A stretch of DNA of 33,153 nt, from NCBI GenBank assembly GCA_023231475.1, contig JALJEE010001133.1, positions 1 to 33,153 of the forward strand, in the 5' to 3' direction. Source of the DNA: Seison nebaliae. Taxonomy: Eukaryota. Under the pieces are notes generated by a model. The model was not told where the DNA came from. It saw only the letters and a list, made by a program, of their open reading frames with translations, and ran no database searches. The position numbers were made by a program, and so were the translations under genes. Shown here in pieces: positions 10,001 through 20,788 of the stretch; positions within the stretch are counted from its first letter, which is position 1, and each line of letters starts with the position of its first letter.

Positions 10001-12553
10001 AGTGAATCAAAACAAGGTGAAATTGGCGTTTCTAATTCCGCACGAAAAGAACATAAAATAATTGTTGATAAATTTGATCATTTAAATTGTTTATCAGATA
10101 TTCGAAATGAAAAGACTAAAAATCATTCTAAATTAAGGAAGGTATCCGGTTCTTCAAATGCGGCGATAAAAGCGATAGAAAAGAGAAACAGAAAAATTAA
10201 AAACAAGAGATATTTAGAAAAAAGAAAGAATGTTGTCGGCAAATGGTTAGAAAACAAATATATAGCTAACGCCAATTCAAATATAACAAACATAACCGAT
10301 AAAATAAAAGATGAGAGAACCTGTAAATATTCGACTACTGCTTCTAATTACACATCGAAAGAAAATGATCCTGAAGTCTGTTCATTGAACAATTATTACG
10401 AAATGGATAATATTGCAAGTGGCTTTGCTTCTTTGGAAGAGTGTACAAGTACTATAAGTTTAAACAACGATGATAAATCAAAAATGAATGTGACTGATAT
10501 CCGATCAAATTTATGTCATGATCTAGAAAAGATGATCTTACCTCATGTTCAGAATAATAATAATAATAATCAAAATACAGAATCATTAATTAAGAAGAGA
10601 AAAGATAATAAATATCCGGATTTATTAAATGAGAATATTCGGGATACTAATCTATTAATTCCGATGACAGATAATAATCCTATAAATAAAGCGTTATATG
10701 ATACGAATGAAATAAATTTAAAGGATAATTTTACATGTGTCGACAAAGGTGTCTGTGAAGGAGAAATAACGCACAGTGGAATTATATTACCTTTATTTCC
10801 GGAGAACAAGAATCAATCTCATAACCATTTAAACCCTAATAAAAATGTTAATCGACCACAAAATACTAGTGATAGTCCTTTCACCTATTCTAAGTCTGGA
10901 GGGAAGTCAAGTGTATATTCTTTTATACCTGATTGTTATGGTAAGGAAAAGGTGACGCACGGGCCAGATTGTTTTTATTCAAGAACATTTTCCAAGAAAT
11001 ATATATTAATATTTATTTTGGCATACATAGGTATGTTGTTCTTCATGTTATCACCAACCCTCTATTATCAACGAGCACAAAGCTCATTAGGTGTTGTTTA
11101 TACAATAGCAGTAACGATGTTCTTTTTAATAATTATTGCTGTTATTTCATTATTTACATCACGCTTCCGATCTTTATGTCCAACTGAAAAGAATGATCCA
11201 TTTTGGAACATGTTCAGGGTACGTTTGGTACCTTTCGTACCACTATTGGCTATAACTCTAAACATAATCTTTTTATCTTCATGTGTAGCATCTGATTGGG
11301 TGGGATTTCTTTCAGTAATCATATTTGGTTGCATGGTATACTTCATGTATAGTATACGATCAAGTCGTTTAGTAAATGATCCTTATATTCCCGTAAATAC
11401 TCCGTTGGTTAGGAACGATGAGAACAAAATGGCTATTGATGAATTCTTTTCCTTTTTTGGTCGATTATTTAAAGATCAAGGTTGTGGTCCTAAAAAGGGT
11501 ATACCATCTCTTCAAACTGCCCATTTGCTAGCCACTAAAGAGCGTTCCTCGGTTCATGACAACTTTGAAGAAATGCGTTCTCAACAAAGTTCACCTTCTC
11601 CAGATTTTTCATCTGGAGGAGAAACTGAAGAAACCGTATATGAAACATATGAAGAACAAAAAACATCATCTGCGGAAAAATACAGCAAACCAAGTATTAA
11701 TAATAAAAAAAAGGATGATGAAAAAAAAAGGAGCTTTCTTTATGATAAAATACGTAAAGGAACATCGACAATAATGTCACAACCATCCAAAGAGAAAAAA
11801 AAAGGATTCTTTTCTTTTCCATGGAATACGAAAAAGAAGCAAGAAGAAGAAAAAACGAAAGAAGATAAAGTGTATACGATTTCGGAAGAAATTATTTCAA
11901 CATATACTGAAGAAGAACCTATGAAAAAGAAAGAATTGGTAAAAGCTAAAGAAGTACAAATAAAGAGTATAGAACTCAAGAAACCGCAGAAGAACGACAA
12001 TAGCAGAACTAAAAATAAGATGAGGTCGAAAATAAATAAATTATCAAATATGGTTATCAAACCAAAATCGAAAAAACCAAAAAAAAAATCATTGAAACGA
12101 CCATTGACAGAGAAAAAAGTTAACAAAAATTCCAATAACATTGACAAATACGAAAACTCAGTAAAAATAAACAATCCTACTGTTTTTCATAAGTATCCTT
12201 CAGATATAATTAATAACTATACGCAGGATAAATTTTTTGGTTCTTCCAATTCGACATTAAACATTTTGGATCAATTTTCGAAACCCAAATTACGAAATAT
12301 ATTTTCGCCTGGAAAACATTCCGACAACCAAGGTCACAATTTGGGATATTATGAAAAAATTCCGACAGATGATATAGCGGAGATCCCAGTTACTCAACCT
12401 GAATTAAAAGTTAAAGGAAGAATGCTGAACAAAAAGCGTATAAGTAATAGGTATGTCAAAGACCAGTTGACGAGAGTTTATCGAAAAAAGAATTCTGATG
12501 AATTGCTTGATGAACAAAAACGATTGCTGTTGGAAAATGAAAAAAGGAAATAA
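7085..12553 (+). CDS. Divergent cationic amino acid transporter (SLC7/CAT-like, APC superfamily), copy 1, ~1822 aa, no intron needed
   Basis: ATG 7085 (MRYQTLQPLIERL) aligns with the paralogue starts. CAT motifs: VAGPA, CIAEL..GSTY..Y..LGEFFAFLLGW, YVGID, YMMANDGLL, and the C-terminal FRVRLVPFVPLLAITLNI..W..G..VYF.YSIRSS (AA_permease_C-like). About 860 aa Lys/Ser/Asn-rich loop and long basic tail. Confidence 0.9.
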   Translation: MRYQTLQPLIERLTRRLDEPYADELACYHLGDGILFGINCLSGSTTFAIISVLVTKVAGPASFIGVILATFHALLNASCIAELTSCIERGGSTYTIVYTVLGEFFAFLLGWSMFISLIGLSAVTAQSMSFTIDAIINGRYQLWARTSMRLWTLSAKNANPPMAIFPDLMAGFFIFIIFIILYRTNFGWSIANGTISLIYMIFIFGLVTVGFAIADYGNISYNGGMVPLGFSSILHATVVASYMYVGIDFIPLIHNQMVDSTRDTPRAIMYSVFIVGMFNVLLTFLVPLIAPWFLLNPHGAYQSALQLAQKADWGQFMVNLAPLFALAASLPAFMFCQAKLSYMMANDGLLAQTFYRVDVRTNVATNAVFFTSVFTWFLAVFFDVQQLIGFVNISSYVGYTIVCVSLIMSRIHAMDTGQFCMCRPKRISKKSTDNKKLDTKPPKIKKIREPKEPKERQEKKEKKKEAESPSKNNNSLSGGSDGATVGLILPKAAGSVTVIKKRPRKKRHKKKDGSSTSISSKQSQEGGESKKEYKSSNKATVPQLGKYGASGKIKKPKKKRKGKRTSQSSSRSSSNSLALPSGKRKKRNRRKPKKGKKPAKKGKKLAKSANQSNSEGLQLKSRRFWSYDSYSVNKSSISDHSKNKNESNKKKNNENEKILKYRGARSWGSKFQIRKSVIKSNSSISTTYKEKIKQKRERKKSHDDEKEKLFQEILSLSGEKGKSQTGKTDKQSSLQKASISTSVTILQNNDSSKCRSRHGGKTLKTVQKSLNNQRNRNLKNKDTRKSHKHHLYGYFHNNRNQNRHVLEDNSKTRRSSTVSHKTNNKKMQQKIESNYGKLRSQSKSLAKTFREANSSEQIFEQTGSRFEIQRNRRIDHQQSHRNKSDTSSPLLVSKRVPHKKRKKNEISNEISIPSETFNTVYRSIDNKFQVRRSGNCVAVPEMGLSKFPEDKSKSPKNERLTKNFNVKDVQIKSESKQGEIGVSNSARKEHKIIVDKFDHLNCLSDIRNEKTKNHSKLRKVSGSSNAAIKAIEKRNRKIKNKRYLEKRKNVVGKWLENKYIANANSNITNITDKIKDERTCKYSTTASNYTSKENDPEVCSLNNYYEMDNIASGFASLEECTSTISLNNDDKSKMNVTDIRSNLCHDLEKMILPHVQNNNNNNQNTESLIKKRKDNKYPDLLNENIRDTNLLIPMTDNNPINKALYDTNEINLKDNFTCVDKGVCEGEITHSGIILPLFPENKNQSHNHLNPNKNVNRPQNTSDSPFTYSKSGGKSSVYSFIPDCYGKEKVTHGPDCFYSRTFSKKYILIFILAYIGMLFFMLSPTLYYQRAQSSLGVVYTIAVTMFFLIIIAVISLFTSRFRSLCPTEKNDPFWNMFRVRLVPFVPLLAITLNIIFLSSCVASDWVGFLSVIIFGCMVYFMYSIRSSRLVNDPYIPVNTPLVRNDENKMAIDEFFSFFGRLFKDQGCGPKKGIPSLQTAHLLATKERSSVHDNFEEMRSQQSSPSPDFSSGGETEETVYETYEEQKTSSAEKYSKPSINNKKKDDEKKRSFLYDKIRKGTSTIMSQPSKEKKKGFFSFPWNTKKKQEEEKTKEDKVYTISEEIISTYTEEEPMKKKELVKAKEVQIKSIELKKPQKNDNSRTKNKMRSKINKLSNMVIKPKSKKPKKKSLKRPLTEKKVNKNSNNIDKYENSVKINNPTVFHKYPSDIINNYTQDKFFGSSNSTLNILDQFSKPKLRNIFSPGKHSDNQGHNLGYYEKIPTDDIAEIPVTQPELKVKGRMLNKKRISNRYVKDQLTRVYRKKNSDELLDEQKRLLLENEKRK
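8861..8902 (+). repeat. 21-bp tandem duplication encoding KKGKKPA/KKGKKLA
   Basis: AAAAAAGGTAAGAAACCAGCA followed by AAAAAAGGTAAGAAACTAGCA, one mismatch. Confidence 0.85.
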
Positions 12554-13499
12554 GATTGCACAAATAAGTTTTAGTCGGTATATTTTGTATCAATTTTGTA
12601 ACAAATTACACAATTTATGCATTTTCATTAGATAATTTTGTAATATCATTTATGATATAGGTATACCATATCTAATAAGAATATATTTAAAAATTCTCCA
12701 ACATTCGGTTCTGGTATTTATTGCTATCCTAATTTATTCTTAATTTACATTGTTAAATTATAGTTTTCAATACATTACATTAGAAAAAACATATTGATAC
12801 AAATAAAGAAATGAAAGAATATTTTGATTTCTTGCATGCTATCGAATTATTGTTAGAAAAATCTTCGTTAATTACTTTGTTGTCATCAGCCGATTGTATG
12901 AAGATTCATCAGCTTTTTATCCTCGGTTTTATTGCTCGACATATCCTATTAGCATGCAGAAGGAAGATTACATTCTCTTGTTTTACTATTCTCATACTGC
13001 AATTTATGGATGAGAGATTTTCTAGCTCTATATAACAATTTTCTGAGACAAATTCCTTCTAAGCATTAATTTTCGGAGAGGAACCCATTCTTCAATGCCA
13101 ACACAAGAAAAGTTTATTTTTATAAGTTTGCAATGTTAGACATGTGGCACAAGAAATCTTCCAAATGATTTTTATCGAAATTTACAGGTTAATTTTGTAT
13201 TATCTCTCTTTTTATGTTTCTACTTTTCAAACTAATTACTTATGTCTTACTTACAATTATACTTACAATAACTTACTTTAATAGTTAAATAAATTTTAGA
13301 TGTTAATTAATTGTACCACACTGCAGTTCATAACATTACGTCCTTTAACCATCCATATAAAGATGTGCAGGAAAATTCTGACAAAGAATTCTGTGAGAAG
13401 CTTTTTCAAATCGTTGTTAATGTTAGGCGATCACCTATCAAGATTAAAGTTTTTCCATTAGAATGCATCGTCTTTTCCCACATAATGAATGAATTCAAA

Positions 13500-13992
13500 T
13501 TTCTGTCTTTCGTGAATTTGTGTCTCTCCGTGTTTATCGATTTCATTCCCAACATACATTTATCGCTATTGAACTTCACTCTTTTCTTTCTTGCTATCTC
13601 AAATGTCCGAAGTTGTTTGTGCGTATCTTCATCGGGCATAAATAACATGATATCGACCATATGAATTTCACCATCTTGTTCGATTTCGTTAAATACTTCA
13701 CTCATAGCTCTTTTGAAAGTAGCAGGTGCATCTATTAAAACCAAACGGCATCCTTAAGAACTTGTATAATTTTACTCACGTGGTAAATGCTGTTTTTTCA
13801 TGATCTTGTTCCGCTATTGGAAGTTATCAAAAGCCGTTTTTAGGATCTATTTTCAAAAAAAACCTTTCCCTCTTAAATACCCGAAAATTTCATCGATGTG
13901 ACTCATATGAGTTGCATTTTTTTGTCATTTTATTCAGTTGTCTGTAATCTATACTTAAACGTTAATTTTTATCTTCTTTATTTACTTGAACT
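13500..13992 (-). mobile_element. Decayed Ty3/Gypsy LTR-retrotransposon reverse transcriptase fragment
   Basis: Minus-strand translation across stops and frameshifts: KEDKN*RLSIDYRQLNKMT, HIDEIFGYLRG, KIDPKNGF**LPIAEQDHEKTAFTT*VKLYKFLRMPFG, DAPATFKRAMSEVF, IHMVDIMLF (destroyed YxDD), VKFNSDKC. This is the canonical Gypsy RT motif order. Confidence 0.92.
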
Positions 13993-14389
13993 GTGTTTGT
14001 TACATTATAATAATGTCATTATTATAGTTATATTTTTTTTATTGTAAGTGTAATTTCCTATAGGGTAATTGATAAATAAAAATTAAAAATTTACGATGTT
14101 GGTCGTTAGAAATTAGTTCACGGCATCTTGGTATACGATTTTTGAGATTGTCAGGAACCAAATATTCGAAGGAAAACTGATCCATCACTTCTGTTGCGTT
14201 GAACAACCGGGTAGACTGCGGAAGAGTGTAGTACAATGGAGACGTAAGTGGTAACAAATCGTTAAAAGAAGGAGTAGGAAATTCTGAAGCATACATCTTC
14301 TCTAATTAAATAAAGATTATAGTAAATCGTCAATTCTGTCGAATATTTCAAAATTTCCAATTCTTTATGATTTGGAGAAATTGGTGAAC

Positions 14390-14800
14390 AAGGAAGTGTG
14401 TTTCCTTGGGTGTCTCGACTGGAAGTTGAGGGACTCGAAGAAAAGAAGTTTAGCACTACAAGATCGAGTCAGATGTAAATTTCTAAGATCATTCTACTCT
14501 TTCCATCATGGGTGCAAATTGTTCTCTATTATATTGAAGGCGAAAATGTTTGTTTGTTACTGTTGTGACTTGTATGGATTATCAGCTTCTATCTGATATT
14601 GTCGAATACCGATAAGTTACTACATTGCCTTGATCGTACATATAATAGAACAGTTCGGATTATTCTCGGTTGCCATAGGCCTTTCAATATAGCATTTATG
14701 CTCACGATTTGTGAACTGGCTCCGATGCCACTTCTCCTGTTGCAGAGGTATCTGAAAGTAGTGGATTCTGTTCGCAGGTCGGCACTTTCAGTTCCAACGT
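14390..14800 (+). mobile_element. Decayed non-LTR retrotransposon (LINE) ORF2 fragment, RT thumb/post-RT region
   Basis: CFLGCLDWKL..CKFLRSFYSFHHGC, then after a frameshift LHCLDRTYNRTVRIILGCHR..FMLTICELAPMPL. This resembles the FLGV.LD.KL..LR....WG..LD..Q...LR...G..R..L..E..PL pattern following RT in I/jockey-group elements. Boundaries are approximate. Confidence 0.7.
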
Positions 14801-15480
14801 ATACACAATGTTCGAGCTTCTCATCTCCTTTCCAATTTTTTTGCCAGTATTATTTAATAACTCATCAGACTTTACTGGATGATGCGTTAATGTTTATAAC
14901 AAATTTCGACATTATTTCCTATGTGCCTGATTCACTCAAGAACCATATTGCGACAAGCAAGAATGTTATTTCTAATAACTCCTGTATGGAGTTATCATTT
15001 ATCATTTGTATCGAGAACAACCCCATACCAGCCACTCCGTACACCAAGTAGCTACTCACAATGTTGTTGTTAGATCGTTTTATTAGTTTCATCATCGTTG
15101 TAAATATTTCACGATTAAATTAAAGATATTTGAGAATAATTCAGTCGATCGAGATGTTTTTAACAATTCTTCTAACTTCGATATTACTTCTCATATCGAC
15201 GTTGGAAGAAAACTTATCACTGATAACATGTACAATGATCTATCTAATTTTCTTTTTAATTTGCCGAGAGGGGATTTGATTTTATAATAAATAAAAATAA
15301 TAAAAAATAAAATAAAGTTGATGTCTTTGAATGGAAAAAAAAACTTAACATTGTCGTATTGTTAGAATTTCAATTGAATATATACACTGGAAAATTACTA
15401 TATATAATTAAATTGTTAGTGTGAAATAATAATCGTTTTAAAATATTAGTTAGACTCATGGTTAATATAATATAACCAAT

Positions 15481-18400
15481 ATGAAATTTGAAGTTATCCG
15501 TCCAGTGGTTCATCGCCTAACAAACAGATTACCTAATCCACCTAGTTTAGAACCTAAATGTTTCCATTTAGGTGATGCTGTTTTTTTCGGTTTAAATTGT
15601 TTGTCCGGTTCGACAACATTTGCTCTCATCGGTGTACTAGTTACGAAAGTTGCGGGTCCGGCAGCATTCATCGGAGTTTTTTTAGCAACGTGTCACGCGT
15701 TACTTAATGCTATGTGTCTGGCTGAATTGACAAGTTGTTTAAGGCGAGGGGGATCCACTTACACAATAGTTTATGTACATTTCGGGGAATTTGGTGCGTT
15801 TCTTCTAGGATGGCTGATGTTTATTTCTCTCATCGGTCTCAGTGCAGTTACAGCACAAAGTATATCATATACTATCGACGCATTAATTGATGGGAAATAT
15901 CAAGCATGGGGAAGAACTTCTATGCATTCATGGTCATTAAGTGCGAAAAACTTATATCCGCCAATGGCAATATTTCCGGATCTTATGGCTGGTCTATTTG
16001 TATTGTTTTTTTTCATTACTTTGTATCGGACAACTTACGGATGGAGTATTGTTAATGGATCTTTGTGTTTAATTAATATGATCTTTCTATTCAGTTTGAT
16101 TACTATAGGAATTTCGATGGCAGATTATCAAAATGTAAAAATTCATGGAGGTTTGACACCTTTAGGAGTATCATCAATTTTCAGCGCGATGATCGATGCT
16201 TCTTATATGTACGTTGGAATGGATTTTATTCCATTAATCCACGACCAAATGTACGATAATGCTCGAGATACATCGCGAGGCATAGTATATGCTGTACTGA
16301 TTATGGGAATGTTTAACGTTGTGTTAACATTTTTATGTCCATTGATTGCCCCATGGTATTTACTAAATCCACATGCTGCTTACCAATCTGCAGTTCAACT
16401 ATCGCAAAAAAGTGACTGGGTACAGTATATAATCAATCTGGCACCTGTTTTTGGCTTAGCAGCTTCTCTTTCGGCATTCATGTATGCACAATCAAAACTA
16501 GGTTATATGATGTCATATGATGGGATGATTTCTCAATTATTCTACCATATCGATATAGAAAGCAGAATACCTACTAACTCCGTATTTTTCACAGCAGTTT
16601 TTACATGGTTTTTGGCGGTATTTTTCGACGTTCAACAATTAATTGGTTTCGTAAATGTATCGTCATATATCGGATATACTTTCGTTGGCATTTGTCTTAT
16701 AGTTTCTCGGTTGCATGCTTTGGAAACCGGTAAAAATTGCAATTGCAGAGAGGATAAAGACAAAAAATCAGCAAACAAAGAAGCTGCAGATATGGAAAAA
16801 AAACAGAGGAAAGAAGAACAAAGAAGAAATAAGGAAATAGCGAAAAAGGTGAAAAAGCAAGATGAAGAACGAAAGAAGGCTAATAAAGCGCAAGAGAAAA
16901 AAAATAAAGAATTACGAGAAATTCAACGTAAAAGGCATGCAAAGCAAGTCGCAAAAACTAAAGGTAAAAATCAGTCAAACAAAATGGTTGCCCCTGATTC
17001 CTTAAATAATAGTGCCAGTATGGAAAGATTGAAAATATGGTCAGGTTCAGAATTAAGTGTCAAAAAAATTGCTTCAAATATGTCTACTTCATTGTTTTCC
17101 AACCGAGTTTCAATCGATTCTGAAGATAACAAAATTGGAACGTCGACAATCGACTTGATTTCTTTCGATGACATAAATATGTTGAAAAATGAGGAGAAGA
17201 ATAACAACTCTGTAAAATGTGCGGATATTGATAAATTTGACGAGAGTGTTGAGTTTGTTACGTCAAGGACAGGGAGTCTAATGAACGTATTTCCCTTCAA
17301 ACGAACACTAGGCAGCAAAGTGGGGAAAATTAATTTTCAAAATATCGATATTGAGTTTAACGCTAATTTTAATAATAGTAATAATAATTTCATATACGAA
17401 CAAGCTACGATGAACGTACCTAAACAGGAAATTACTAACAATCTACCTACAAGAACTTATGATTTAAAACGAAGCGTTAGTTTAGTTGATAAGAGTAAAC
17501 CGAAATTTACCTTAAATACAGCATCACTCATTGATCTTACGACTAAAAATTTTGATTTATTTAACAATAAAATGAGAAACATTTGTGTCCCACAATTCAA
17601 AGAAAAATTTTGCTCGGAAAATAATGTAAACACATTACCTTATCTAAACGAAAATATAAATATGAATAGAATATCAAATTACAATAAGAAAAACAGCAAT
17701 AATAACTATGACGGAAGACAGTCTGATGGAACTAGGTTGAAAGATTTGCAAGAAAAAACATATTATTTAACCGAATTAGATGAAATGCTAAACGACGTCG
17801 CCCATGGAGGAGAGAACACGAATATGAGTTCGAAAACAAGCCATAATTCTAAAGATACATCAGAAACAGATGCCTCTCTGATGGAAGAATGTTATTTGGC
17901 TAATGAAGTTAAACATAAAGAAAGTTGTCCATATGATACGTTTTCCAGATATAAGATAATATGGCTAATTTTGGCTTACATAATAATTTTATACTTTTTC
18001 ATTACTCAGACCATATACTTCAGAAGACAGTTTGATTCGGTGAGTACCATATACACAGTCGTAATAACTATTTTGCTATGTCTTCTAATAGCCTATTTAT
18101 CTCTATTCACCTCACGATATCGCCATTTATGTCACGGAGAAGGTCAGGATGGCGATGACAGATTTGGGAGATTGTTTCACGTGAAACTTGTCCCCATATT
18201 ACCATTTATTTCCATTACTCTTAATGTAATTTTCCTAACAAATTTAATCACAAGAGATTGGATGAGTTTTGTTTCGGTGATATCTTTAGGACTTGTCGTA
18301 TATTTCACATATGGAATACGGTCTAGCAGATTGGTGAACGATCCAAATACTGCAGATAACGCTAGATTAATAAGATATCATACCAACAAAGTAACAGTTG

Positions 18401-20468
18401 ACGAATTCTTCACATTCATCCCTCGTTTATTCAATAATTATGGTTGTGATCCAATTAATGCATCTAGTAATAATTCTGGATTTTTATCTAGAAACATTGC
18501 TAGTAACAATGGAGTTTTTCAGGATATGATTCTAGATGTAGATCCTGCTATCCTACAACATGCACCTGAAAAAGATATAGTTGCGAAAGAGGATTTCAGG
18601 GACCCGAGAAAGGACAAAAATGAGAATAATAGTATAATAAAGAATAAAAATGAGAAGAATATTACGCATAATAATGCGAAAGTTTCTTCTCGTCATTCAA
18701 GTTTAATGGAACGAGAATCCTTAAGAAGCGGCTCATTCGAAAACAAGTTTTCAGAAAACGCATCTTTGATATTTGATAATACATCTCTTGAGCATGCTTC
18801 TTTTGATAATTCTTTTATACAAAATAATATGAATTTTTCTGGAAATAATGTACCTTGTCCCAATATGAATGAGGAACATGATACAATAATCTCAACAGAT
18901 ATTTCTAAATTCAAACATATTAATGAAGATCTATTGACAAGAGATATTGAAAAAAATATAATCTATGATAAATTATCTTTCGAAGGTCAAGTGTTGCCCG
19001 AGCTATCTTCTGAAAATTTTATTGCAACAAGTATATCTTCGGAAGAGCAATACAAAACTAAACCTAATTATAAATCGCAAGAAAAATATGGTACAGATAT
19101 CGAATTACAATCTAACGAGTATTCACTCACTTCTCATACAAATATTAAAGGAAATTTTTTAATGGAATCGAATATTTCCACGTACCAGACTGATTATGGA
19201 ACTGAAAATAAATCAGATACGGCTGAAAATAACCATGAGATGGAAATTTTCGGTTGTTCAGTATCAAACGTCAATTTGATTAATGAAGTTCTATTGGACA
19301 ATTATGAAAAAAAAAGCTCCAATATTTCTTTCTCATCGTTGAATATATCACAGAATAACAATGAAAATGACATAGTCGATTATCAGACCCTTTGGAGTTC
19401 CCTCTATCCAAAAAGTCCATCTGAGAACAGAATAGTTAGTGAAATGAGTAATATATGTACACCGAAAAATTCTGATACAACAATGGTTGATCAATTGTTA
19501 AGAAATAATCAGAAAATTTTAGCACATTCTTACAATTGGTCTAATCTCCGAAACCACATCGAAAATGGGAGTTCTGATGTGTCGTCGAAAGATAATTTTA
19601 GGAAAACTAATGAAAATTGCAATAAACGGAAAAAAACGCAGAATCACTGCAAATTCGTTCCATGGAATTTGACCAGTTCGGACTACATAGAAGCGACTGA
19701 GAAGAGCGAAAGTTAATTTTTATTAAATTGCCAAATTGATATTTTTATTATACATAATTCCTTATAAAGATGAAGGTGAAGAGAAGAAAGATGATGAGAA
19801 GGAAGATGAAGATGATGAGAAGGAAGATGAAGATGAAGAGAAGGAAGATGAAGATGAAATGAAGGGAGGTGAAGATGAAATGAAAGAAGGTGAAGATGGA
19901 CATGACCATAAACATAAACATAAACATAACCATAAACATAAACATAAACAGAACCATAAACATAAACATAAATATAAACATGAGAATGAACATGAGAACG
20001 AACATGAGAATGAAGATGATAATGAAGATGATAATGAAGATGAGGATGAAGATGAGGATGAAGAAAATGGTCTTGTAATTGTTCCATGGAGTAATAATGG
20101 TAATATAGAAAGCAACGAAACTGATTGTTAGTATTTTTTCTTAAGTTTTGTTCCCATTTATTAAGTTACTTTGGATAATGGTTCTTATGTGAGTGGTACA
20201 TGGCAAGGAAAGAGAAAAGATAATCCTTCGATATTCTGGAACGGTGCTGGTCCAAATTTCAAAGTGACGAAAGGTAATTTAGAAGGTTAGGTCTTATGGA
20301 AAGTTTCGAATCGGTATAGAAGTTTAACAAGTGAGTGAAGAAAAGACTGAGGTATATTATGTTGACAGAGATAAACGGGTGCAATTAAACGTAAAACAAA
20401 CTACTCTTGAGCGATTCAGAAATGAACCCTATGATTCTGAAAAAGAGCTTGTTCTAATGATCGAATAG
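15481..20468 (+). CDS. Divergent SLC7/CAT-like transporter, copy 2; main exon 15481-19711 plus predicted 3' exons (up to ~1614 aa)
   Basis: Same CAT motifs as copy 1, so the core call is strong. The ORF-track stop (19714-19716) lies inside a predicted intron 19712-19769. Further phase-1 introns 20127-20165 and 20286-20331 link exons 19770-20126, 20166-20285 and 20332-20468. The 3' exons, especially the last, are less certain than the core. Confidence 0.8.
19796..20065 (+). repeat. Composite coding minisatellite: 21-bp units, (CATAAA)n, 12-bp units
   Basis: Five 21-bp units 19796-19900 (EKEDEDD/MKGGEDE type), (CATAAA)n at about 19907-19981 encoding (HK)n, then GAGAAYGAACAT and GAAGATGATAAT 12-mers. 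All unit lengths are multiples of 3. Confidence 0.9.
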
Positions 20469-20788
20469 TTATTTGGATACAAGTGTGTGTTCGTTTGGTA
20501 ATTGATTTTTTACAAAAGCTTAATGTTAGTCCAATTTAATTTGATTCTAACATTCTAAATATTATTTATCTAATATCTAAATAAGATCAAAAAAGAAATG
20601 AGTTTAACGAATCGGATTCTTTATTATAAATTTTATGATTTTTAAAAGATAATAAATTTATTAAAAGACAGACAATATCAAACATTTTATATTGTTTGAA
20701 TGAAAAGAAAGTGAATTTCTTAACAATAAAATAAGTTATTAATAAACCAAACTTTTCATCTGATATCTTAATAACTACTCAAATAAAT

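Noticed and set aside
12800..13200. Short ORFs and coding-like composition after CAT copy 1
   Set aside because: No recognisable motif or consistent splice model. Possibly more decayed transposon sequence, but I cannot support that.
19796..20065. CRISPR-like or telomeric array
   Set aside because: No unique spacers, eukaryotic context, and the units are codon-phased and degenerate.
19713..20115. Overlapping His/Leu-, Met/Phe-, Ser/Cys- and Ile/Asn-rich ORFs in other frames
   Set aside because: By-products of a 3n minisatellite that lacks stops in several frames. Only the D/E/HK frame is splice-compatible with the upstream gene.
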